This document shows, piece after piece, positions 34,927-45,220 of a stretch of 64,000 nt of DNA (its first letter is position 1; every line of letters starts with the position of its first letter). The stretch lies in NCBI GenBank assembly GCA_051294375.1, contig CM119267.1, positions 813,601-877,600 of the forward strand, read 5' to 3'. The stretch comes from Paraspadella gotoi (taxonomy: Eukaryota > Animalia > Chaetognatha). The notes beneath the pieces are model-generated. The model made no database searches, was not told the DNA's origin, and worked only from the letters and a program-made list of their open reading frames with translations. Position numbers and translations under genes: made by a program.

Positions 34927-37022
34927 CCAAATCCTTTTTCGGACGAATCAGCAGCGGCAGAGGCACCCAGAAAAAAAAAGAAATCAAAAGCCAGCAGCAG
35001 AAGCAGCAGGAGAAAAGAGAGAAAAAGAAAGAGCACCTGCAGAGCCAGCTGCAGACTCAAAAGGCAGCAGCAGAAGCAGCAGGAGAAAAGAGAGAAAAAG
35101 AATAAGCCCCTGCAGAGCCAGCTGCAGACTCGTTTTTTTTCCCTATGATTATGAATCGGTAAATAGGGAAAAGAGAGAGGGAGAGAGACATGTAATTAAA
35201 AGAGAAAAGAGCGAGAGAAAGAAATATGAAAATAAAAGAGAGAAAATTTGTTTGTTTTGATAAAACGTAAACAAAACATATTTAATAACTGTCCAGACTC
35301 AATTTTAAGCTGTATATAAATTTTCAGCTTCATACACCCAAATTTAATCATAAAAAAGGCGATCTATAATTTGGAACGCCGACGACAACAACGACGACGA
35401 CGCCGAAGCCACTTATGCGCAAAAGCGTTACAATATCGTCGCAAACGCTAAGCGATTGCGACGATAAAAAAGAAGATTATTAGAAGGATGAAGGATGAGG
35501 ATGAACTCGCCTGAATTTTATCTTCGGCAGCGACTTTGTCGAGATTGTGAATTCCCAGCAGCAGCGAATAATCCATGATGTTGAAAGACTCCAGCACACG
35601 ACAGTCTTTCTCTATAGTGTCCATGACGGCCTTGCGAAACGCGGGATCGAGAATGATGCCCTTCGGATGCAGATCCATAAAGTCGAGATCCTGATTAGGA
35701 AAATTCTTTTTTTATATTTTTGTGTCCCACTTGCTGTCTTCCTCTATATCTTTCTATCCTCGCCTTTAAGGTGGGCTCCCGTTTATCCCGCTCGCTCTTG
35801 GAAGCCTTGCGCTTGAAAGTGGAACCTTTGAGGTCGAATTTTTCGTGCATCTTGACCGAACTCGGTAGGAGGTTATTCATGATGACGAGACGAATGTTTT
35901 TGTTTAAACTTTGGTAACAGTACAACCCGTAAAATTTGGGGAGCAAAGTCCGTGGATTTTGTACAAGATTCATGTAATACCTGCGACAAGAAAAAAGCAA
36001 GTTGAAATTATGAAGCGATAATTCATGGCGAAGAAAAAACAACTGACCCTGGCAAAAGTTTTTTGAGAAATTTGGCTTCTTTGTGATCCACGGTTTTGAT
36101 TATGAATTCGTCGTCGTCGGTGAGAAAGAATAGACTTCCGGAGGCTCCGGGGTTGGAAAGATCTTTCAATGGCTCCTGAGAAAAAGAAACTTTGGATAAA
36201 TTCCCCTTCGATCTCCATTCTCCAAATCTTAAACCCAATTAACCATAAGCACCTTGCATAAGGAAATGAGAAAGTCGGAAGGATCAATGCCGAATCCCTG
36301 TCTGAAATGTTTAAATCCGTCGGGAGCAAAACATTCGAACCGGAAATCGGAGGATCCGTGAGCCTAGACGGTGGGGGAGAGCAAAAGAGAGAGTTTGAAT
36401 CACGATGTCCAATTGTCCATTGTTCAACCGTGTCATTTCAAATTACGTTCACTCACCACCGTCATCTGCGATCCGTCCGACGGAAAGTGGACCGATTCGA
36501 TCACTTCGAAATCCTGGCGGCAAAAATAAAAAGTAAACTCTAAAGACAAAAGGACAAAGCGACTTTGAAAAGCAAGACTGACGAACCTGAATGAGTAAAT
36601 CGCGTACTGGCTTATTGGAGATTTGTCCGATGAAATGCTCCAGTCCCATCTGAATACCTCGCTTGAGTTGGTCGGCCGGAGTCTTTTTGTATGAGACAAC
36701 TCCGGCGTAGTTCACTCGACGATGACCGATTTTCTCCACCTATAATAGAAGATAATGATTAATGATAATACTAAAATTATTGTCCTGACCTTGTCCTGAC
36801 CTTATCCTTCCCCAAATTGCGGAAGGCGATGGAAGAAAAGGCGCTTTGTCGCGGCGTCTTTAACGACGAAGCCGCCGGAATGTGATGATGATGATGGTTC
36901 GACGCCGCTTCCGACTGAGATTCTCTTTTAGGAGCGCCGGTTGGCGCCGTCTCGCGCATCGACGGACGAGCGATAAACGCCGCGTCGCCGCCCGATGACA
37001 CGTGACCCGAGGGAGACGCCAT
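29765..37022 (-). CDS. PIP5K1: Phosphatidylinositol-4-phosphate 5-kinase type I, ~11 exons
   Basis: KIGHRRV...[49 protein letters not shown]|[35 protein letters not shown] (type-I activation-loop Glu). Confidence 0.93.
30221..30606. mobile_element. 386-bp TTAA-flanked MITE (Kolobok/piggyBac-type)
   Basis: TTAA-AGATTACACATGGGAGTACAGGTACAATATT...AATATTGTACCTGTACTCCCATGTGTAACCT-TTAA; ~31-bp TIR with one mismatch. Confidence 0.85.
31371..32050 (+). mobile_element. HINE/DINE-1-like (Helentron-associated) element, family B
   Basis: 5' TTTTT-AGTCGGATCTG with a nearby inverted copy, (GTCC)n microsatellite at ~31517-31537, 3' subterminal CAGATCCGAC, small hairpin, then T-run; no TSD. Confidence 0.75.
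33945..35471 (-). mobile_element. HINE/Helentron-like family A copy inflated by a purine tract and (GA)n
   Basis: Both family termini present; internal ~650-bp A/G tract (34075-34720) and (GA)n at ~34857-34925. Confidence 0.75.
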
Positions 37023-37810
37023 CGTCCTTTTTTCGCGAAGGCGGGCTTGTCTCAAGTTTAAGTCATGGGAGAGCTTCGCCGTCCCGAGGAGCCGGAATCG
37101 TCGTCGGACATCGCCTGCCGAGAATCGGAAGCGCGTCCGCGAGAAAACGCTAGGATCAGAAGATCAATGTGGGCGTGGAAAACGATGGCAGGAGGCGTGG
37201 GGGGCGTGGAAAGGGTGAGGCGAAAATAGCGGAGGCGCGATTACGTAAAAAGCGTTTTTAAGCGAGAGCTGGAGGCGAATCCGGCGCTTGTCTCGCCTTC
37301 TTCGGCTCCGTGATCAAACGAGTCATCTTCCTACACTGAAAACAAATGTAACACGGTTCTTTTGATTAAGAAACGGTCAACGAATAAAATGGAAGGTAAA
37401 GTGAAGGAGAAAATGGTTGATGAAGCAAAATGAAAGACGAATCAAAAAATTGTGGCGCCTAAGATGAACCGACTTAAGATGAAATTACGATGATTTTATA
37501 AATTTCTAACGAAAAAATACAAAAGCACTGTGTTTCTTTATTCTTAACAACAAAATTTATCAATTGTTAAGTGAATAACGCTATTTCAAAAAATATCTCT
37601 TTTAAATAATTCCCACTCATTATCTACGTATGTATTCGATTACATGTGAAAAAATGTTTGCTTATCCTCATAAGGAACAAGCCACAAAAACTATTAATTT
37701 CAATCAACGTCAGAATAAGATAAAAAAAAATAAAATAAACTGATAAGCTTAATGATGAAATGTTACAGTAATTCAATATTGGAAGGGAGTCGCTCGAGAA
37801 ATGAGATGAG

Positions 37811-40437
37811 TTAGCTGGTGTCCATTGTACAGTTGCTGTCTTCTTGATGATGAGCGCCGTTCGTTCCATTTTGAACGCATCCTAATGGAAGATGGTGAAG
37901 TTAAGAGAGTACAGTATTGAGATAAAGCAAAAAGAAAAGATAGGAAAAGAGAAGAAAAGATAGGAAAAGAGAAGAAAAGATGAAAGAAGAAAAGAGAAAA
38001 TACATAAAAGAAAAGAGGAGAAAAGATAAAAGAAAAAAGAAGAAAAAAAAAAAAGATAAAAAAAAGAAAAAAAGAAAGAAAAAAGAATAAAAGAAAAAAG
38101 AAAAGATAAAAAAAAGAGAAGAAAAGATAAAAAAATATAAAAGAAAAGATAAAAAAAATATAAAAGAAAAGATAAAAAAAGAGAAAAAAAGAGAAGAAAA
38201 GATGAAAAAAAAAAGAAAAGATAAAAGAAAGAAGAAAAGAGAAAAATACATAAAAGAAAAGAGAATAAAAGATAAAAGAAAAAAGTAAAAAAGATAAAAG
38301 AAAAAACAAAAATACATAAAAGAAAAGAGAAAAAAAGATAAAGGAAAATAGAAGAAAAGATAAAGGAAAAGAGAGGAAAAGATAAAAGTAAAAAGAAGAA
38401 AAGATAAAAGAAAAGAAAAGAAAAGATAAAAGAAAAGAGATAAAAAGAGAAAAAAAAAAGAAGAAAAGATAAAAGAAAAGAAAAGAAAAGAAAATACAAA
38501 AGAAAAGAGAAAAAAAGAGAAAAAAAAGAGAAGAAAAGATAAATGAAGAAAAGAAAAGATAAAGGAAAAGAGAAGAAAAGATAAAAGAGAACCAAAATAC
38601 AATAATAATGTAAGAGATGTGAGAGGAAATAAAATTATAAAGAAATCCTGGTGAGAGACTGACTGACCGTTAAAACCGACGACGGTGTCGGCGACGATCG
38701 AAGCAGAGACGACGAGGTCGCCTTTTGACGTCGCGTTATTTAGATTTCTGTCGACGCCGCCGCCGCCGCCGCCGCAGGGTGAAGTCGCCGCCGCCGCCGC
38801 GGCCGCCGCGGCGACGACGGGCCCGTCGCCGCAGAAGAGGCCGTTGGGGTCGACGTCCTCAGGGGCTTGGGCGGCGGGCTGCGTGCCCGGAGGGTCGTCC
38901 CAGTCGATCTTGAAACGAGTAACTATCGGTTTAGAGGCGAAGATGTCGCGTTGAAGATCCTCGTAGCGAACGACGGGCGGCGGCGTCTCCCGCATCTCGG
39001 GATCCGCGTAGTCGTTGTTCACGTAGTAACCGACGCGAACGAATTCTCGCGATCGATACGAACACGTGAGGATGACGGCAGTGACGCCGATCACGTCCCG
39101 ACCCGGAATTTTAGAGGGATCAGGCGGCTCAGCTGTTTTTATATCAGTTTTGTTTTGCGGTGAGAAAATTGGGTCGAGGAGAGGAAGTTGAAAAATTGGG
39201 TTCCGATGGAAAAAAAATATTTAAAAAATCTTAAAAGCAATCGCATAAGAAAAATATGGATTGACGACAAATTTTGATATTAAAAAAAATAAAATTTGAG
39301 AAAAGAAAATTAATAAATTTATAAACAGAAAAAAAATTATATTTTGCGATTGTCAATTAAAAAAAATTAAGTACCAAGGAAAACTAAAGTTACAGACTTA
39401 CAGTTTCTGAAAAAAAAAAAAAAAAAATAAAAACCCGATGTTGCGATAGCAAAATGATAACATGCACGAATGCGATGCCTAATTTTACGAGTTGAATCCT
39501 AATTCAATTTTTTTTTAAATAAAAACGCAGAGAGAGAGAGAGACAGAGAAAAAAAAAGAAATCAAAAGGCAGCAGCAGAAGCAGCAGGAAAAAAGAAAGA
39601 AAAAGAGAGAGCCCCTGCAGAGCCAGCTGCAGATTCGTTTTTTGTGATGAATCAGCACTGGGGAAAAGAGAGAGAAAGAGAGAGCTACATATAATTAAAA
39701 GAGAAAAGAGAGAGAGAAGGAAACAAAAATAAAAAAGAAGAAATTTGTTTGTTTTGATAAAACGTAAACAAAACATATTTAATAACTGTCGTGACTCAAT
39801 TTTAAGCACATCGATGATGAGAAGCTGTATATAAATTTTCAGCTTCATACACCCAAATTTAATCATAAAAAAGGCGATCTATAATTTGGAACGCCGACGA
39901 CAACGACGACGCGACTTATTTGCAAAAGCGTTACAATATCGTCGCAAACGCTAAGCGATTGCGACGATAAAAAATTATTTTATTGTATTGTATTTTATTG
40001 TATTTTATTTTATCGTTAATAAATTAAACGTTTTAATATTTGACATATAATATATATATTAATATATATTAATCTGCTACACATACGACCTTTAATTAAT
40101 ATTAATTTATATTTGACATACACCGACCTTTAATTAAACCTCACCTTACCATAAAACTAAACCCTTTTACCCCCTTTTACCCCCATTTCCCCATTTTCCC
40201 AATTTCCTCACCCTGAAAGACGAACATGTGTCGGCCGCAAGGAACTGGACCTACGAGGACGGAGTCGAGCAGTTGGTCAAAGTCTTCGCTCTCGGCCGAA
40301 CCCACGTAGATGATCTTCCACTCGAGGTCGTCCACGAGGTCGTCGATGCACTCGAAGGTGATCTCGAACTGGATGGGGTTCTGGAAGGGCGAGGGGTTGT
40401 CCAGCACCGTCACGTTGGTGATCTGCACCTTCGCCAT
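37811..40437 (-). CDS. ASF1: Histone chaperone ASF1, 3 exons
   Basis: MAKVQITNVTVLDNPSPF...FEITFECI...LEWKIIYVGSAESEDFDQLLDSVLVGPVP; GVTAVILTCSYRSREFVRVGYYVNNDY; last exon ends CTMDTS*. Confidence 0.96.
37920..38600. repeat. ~680-bp homopurine A/G tract in ASF1 intron 2
   Basis: aaaagataaaagaaaagag-like degenerate repeats. Confidence 0.9.
39222..39974 (-). mobile_element. HINE/Helentron-like family A, near full-length copy
   Basis: Colinear with the other copies; terminal palindrome ATCGTCGCAA-acgctaagcga-TTGCGACGAT-aaaaa. Confidence 0.8.
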
Positions 40438-40988
40438 TCCGACTTCGAGCGACTCGAGTTTTACTTTTTATTTCCAAGTTTTGTCCTTCAAAGGAAATGA
40501 GATTCGGAACGCAACGTCGAAGCCTTATTATTATTTAGCTAAAATAAATTAGTCTAGTGATTATTCCTTAATTATTTTTTATATTTGGAATGAGCTCAAT
40601 AAATAAAGGTTTTCTTCGAAATACCCAAATGACACAAACAAGGAAATTGCGTTATTATCATTTTCACCACTAATTGTTTGAATAAGAAACAATTTAAAGA
40701 CTTTTTTTTGCCGGGGGGGGGGGCGGTCCGTGGAAACGGGTGCGCACTACACAGCAATTATGAAATTGGTACAATTAATTTACAAGTTAATCTTACAATA
40801 AAACAAGCTTTCTTGCCTCCTGACTTTGGACTGGCTATGGTGGGTTAATTTGGTGAGCGAATAGACTATTGAGAGAGTTCTTTGTAGTAGCTACGGGAGT
40901 CTGGAAACGTCTTTCCGGTTTATAAAAAGATATCGTTTGCGCATTTACGATACCTCGAACCCCCCCCCCTCGGTATCATATCTCGGTT

Positions 40989-43986
40989 TCACGAGATCCC
41001 GTATAAAGTCTCGTAGGTGGCGCGCAGTCGCCGAACGACGATATCGATTTCTTCCGGCGTCGTTTCTCGTCCCACGGAAAATCGGACGGCGCCAATGGCG
41101 TCGCCAGGTGCCGCGCCGAAAATCAGCAGCACCTTCGACGGGGCGTTGGAAAGGGCGTGGCAGGCGGACCCCATGCTGCAGGCAACGCGAGATCTTTGTG
41201 AGATAGAACCAGGGAGAAGGAAAGATGAGAATGTTTGACATCCTGCTATTAAGATCTATTTAAAATTAACATTGAACAAGACGGCACAACTTGAAAATGC
41301 CATCAAACGGGTACCTCTTCAAGATCTCGAATCCATTAATGATTTCAGTGCTCGATGACGGCGGACGAAAAGTCACGTTGAGTGTGTTCGGTAAACTGAG
41401 TAAAAAAGCCTCTACATGATTAAGCGGAAAAAAGAAAGGTGTGCCAAATTGAGAAGCGGAAAAAAAAAGGTGTGCCAAATTGAGAAGCGAAAAAAAAAAA
41501 GGTGTGCCAAATTGAGAAGCGGAAAAAAAAAGGTGTGCCAAATTGAGAAGCGAAAAAAAAAGGTGTGCCAAATTGAGAAGCGAAAAAAAAAGGTGTGCCA
41601 AATTGAGATGTGTCCAAATTGAGGTGTGCCAAAAAAAGGTGTGCCAAATTGAGAAGCGAAAAAAAAAAGTGTGCCAAATTGAGATGTGCCAAATTGAGGT
41701 GTGCCAAAAAAAGGTGTGCCAAATGAGAAGCGAAAAAAAAAAGGTGTGCCAAATTGAGAAGCGTCGGGTTTCACCGAGGATTTTCGGTTCCGTCGGCTCC
41801 AAGAAAAACTCCATTGAATATAACGCGGGGCTCCTCTGAATTGAAGGCGGCTTCCAATCCCCGTTGGAGACGAATCCGCATCTCCAAGTAATGCGCCGAA
41901 TATTTAGGCAGATGCAGACTGATTAATTCGCAAGCCGCACCTGTTATTAATTTTAAACATGGCAATTTCAATGCGTTGCGCCGCAATAACTTTATTATGT
42001 GGTATGGTGGACTAAAATCCACCAACCGTTCATCAGCGGCCATTGGTGCCGGAGGCAAGTCATTCGCCTCCCAACCCAAAGGTCCGGGGTTCTAGCCCGG
42101 TGGTCGCCTAGTAGTTAAGAGGGACGGGGCGCTTAACCCGCCTGTAACACGGTGTTACAGCCTGATCCGAAGCTCAGAGACTGCTTATATTGAATAATTA
42201 CTGTCTCTTCAGTCTCTTCCGGATAATCATATGATTATAAAAGCGTTTAATGATAGTTCATTTTTAAGCTAAATATTACACAGAATACAAATGACTTAAT
42301 ACTCCATGATTAAATAAATCATTTATACATTATGCATCTTATTGTACATATATTACTTAACGCTTACTAAAATGATTAAGTAATTCTACGAATTATGAAC
42401 GAATTACGAACAATAAAAACGTGTGAGACAGACGGACAGCCCAACCGACCGAAAAGTGAAAAAACTACAGAGCAAAATAAAAAGCCTCACCCACCGAAGC
42501 AACTCCTTCTCTTACCCACCTAACCCGGCGATGGAGTAGGTGTCCTCCGTCCCGGGTCTGTATCCCCTCTGCTGTCCCCCGCCGAAAAAGACCGGAACAA
42601 CCGGCGTGAATCGCTTTTCCTCGGCGTCCCCTTCGAGGCGGCAAAACGGTGCCGGATTCCGGACATAAAGGACGCCGATCCTCGGCCCGTAAAACTTGTG
42701 GCCAGCGATGGAGAGGAAGTCGACTCCGAGGGCGGCCACGTCGACGGGGATTTTGCCGACGGCTTGAGCCGCGTCCGTATGGACGAAGATGCGACCGTGG
42801 GAGGAATGCGCTGAAAGTGAAAAGATGTTGGACAAACTCTCGTCGGAGATGTTACTTTTGATTTCTTTTTGTAAAAGCGTTTCAAAATATAAATAATCAA
42901 TCAAAAGGTAAAAATTAAAACGGGAAGAAAAGGAAGATATCGACTCTTAACCTAAACGTCCGAGGTTTCTGACGCACCTTTCAAGTATTTCCGAATGGAG
43001 GCGACAATTTCGGGAAGGGGTTGGAGACAGCCAGTTTCGTTGTGGGCCAACATGACTGATACGAGGCAGGTGGTCGAGGTGATGGCGGCAACGACGTCCA
43101 ACGGAGAAACCTAGTCCAAGTTGAAAAAAAAATTTTACTACTTGTAATGAAAAAATTAATAAAAGCATAATGAGGGCAAACCTGTCCATCAACGGGATCC
43201 AAAAAAGTCACTTTTGCTTTATATCGTCGGGCGAAAGACAAGAGGGGATTCTGGACTGCTTCGTGTTCGACGGAAGAAGCGATGATGTGGGGAATATGCG
43301 GATCTTAAGGGGAGAGAAGCCTTTTGGTTGTCATGGCTACTTAATCCATTTAAATTGCCTATTAAGTATTATCGAAGAAAGTCTTCTTAACTAAAGTCTG
43401 TTAATTATATTATTTATTTAGTCATAAAGTGAGTTACAGTATTTATTAATGATAAGAATCGTTGAAACGAACCAATCTTATTTTGGCCATCATCTTCGCC
43501 GCATCCATAACTCTTTCGCTCGGCCTCGAAATGAGCCAGGGCTGACTTGATGGCCCAATTGTCGGCTTCGGTGGCGCCGGAACAAAAGAACAAATCGTCG
43601 ACATTGGCGTTGATCGATCGCGCCACTTGGCGTCGCGCCTTTTTCAAGAAAGTCCCCGCCGCCTTTCCGAACGAGTGTCTAAAAGAAGGACGTGATTTAA
43701 GAATTATGATGTCAAGAGAAAAGCCATCTTTTAGAGTCGGCGCGACTTACTTGCTGCTGGGATTCGCCCATCCGTGTTCGAAAGCGGCGGATACAGCGGC
43801 TCTGACTTCCGGCGCCGTCGGCGTCGTCGCGTTGTAATCCAAGTAAATCGTTTTTTCGTCGCCATCATCGTCCAAAGTTTCGTTGTCATTGTCTTCTTCT
43901 TTCAACTTGTCGTCATCGTCGTCACAATTCGTCGATCTCTTGGGAAAATCTTTGGTATCGATCCACGTACAATCCGCTTCGCTCAT
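40989..43986 (-). CDS. SCLY: Selenocysteine lyase (class-V PLP-dependent, NifS-like), ~8 exons
   Basis: [10 protein letters not shown]...[65 protein letters not shown]. Confidence 0.88.
41425..41765. repeat. ~30-bp tandem repeat in an SCLY intron
   Basis: About 12 units aaaggtgtgccaaattgagaagcgaaaa. Confidence 0.9.
42036..42108 (+). pseudogene. tRNA-Gly(CCC)-like pseudogene or tRNA-derived SINE head, antisense in an SCLY intron
   Basis: Acceptor stem GCGGCCA/TGGTCGC, T-arm CCGGG-GTTCTAG-CCCGG, loop CTCCCAA; anticodon stem mispaired. Confidence 0.6.
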
Positions 43987-44105
43987 AGTTCCTGGTTTCT
44001 TACATCCGGTCTTTTTATCACAAAATCTAAACATTACTAGTTTATTCTCGCAAAAATAACGAAAGAACATTCAGGGGGCTGGACGTCTTACGGCCAATAG
44101 TCATT

Positions 44106-44940
44106 TCAATTAATCCTGGCCTCTCCGCAAGTGGCGGGCAAGATGTTGCAGCCCAAAAGGCCACGCCCCGCCCAAACGCGGGGCGTCAATTTAAGATCGA
44201 TAACGCGTCCTTCCCTGACGACGGTGACGGCGACAATCGAGTCTTTGCCGTGACTGACAACCGACGCGACGTCGGCCAGTTTGACAAAGTTGTCGGTCGC
44301 GACGGAGCCGAAGCGAAGGAGGAGGTCGTTGGGTCGAAGGCCGGCGATGTCGGCCGGCGAATCGGGGGAGACTTGAGCCACGCGAGCGAAGTGACGAGGG
44401 AGGACAACTTCCGACGTTTCCATGGAGATGGAGGAGGAAGAGGAGGAAGAGGGAGTGGGGTGGAGGAGGCCGCCTTTGTCCCGGGCTTCGTTGTGAATCA
44501 AGACGAGTTGAGATTCGATCTCCTGTGAGGAAAAAAACTATTTTAAAATTCAAATAGTATCTATGAAAATCATGATGTAGCGACTTGTGCCCAATGACTT
44601 CGCACAGTCAATTGTTAATTCTCGATCCTGCTCCAATTCACAATTCGCTCGCTGTCATATTTACTGCCTCACCCGCTCGCAGTCCCTCTTATCATTTAAA
44701 TACTAATTCCCAACAATGCCCTACTTTCATAAGCGCCTTGTGATCGTTCCTGAGATAGATGACTCTCTGCCTGGCGTGACGCACAGAGTAGACGTCGATG
44801 TCGTCGCGAGGAAATCCTTCCGCGTCGACGAGGGCTTGGTCCATCCCGACTCCAGACTGAGACTCTAAGACTTGGAGGGCGGAGGAAATCTCAGACTCGA
44901 TCTCTTCCTTTCGTTTCATTAGTTTCTTCATTTCCTCCAT
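44106..44940 (-). CDS. PSMD9: 26S proteasome non-ATPase regulatory subunit 9 (p27/Nas2), 2 exons
   Basis: LVDAEGFPRDDIDVYSVRHARQRVIYLRNDHKALMK; PDZ-like SPADIAGL...LTPRVWAGRGLLGCNI. Confidence 0.95.
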
Positions 44941-45130
44941 CCTTTATCAGTGTCTCAACTTTTAATTATAACTATAATATTAACTTCAAATTATAGGCCT
45001 AACAACTTAATTAATTGATAGGATAAAAGTACGTTAACAGTTTTCCGCACAACTAAATTTCATAACGCGTAAAAAAATAACGTCAACAGGTAATATAAAT
45101 AAAAACGCAACAACGAAAAGTTTCCGCGAT

Positions 45131-45134
<4 letters not shown>

Positions 45135-45216
<82 letters not shown>
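45135..45216. repeat. (CT)n microsatellite abutting the NUFIP1 stop codon
   Basis: About 40 perfect units. Confidence 0.95.
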
Positions 45217-45220
<4 letters not shown>

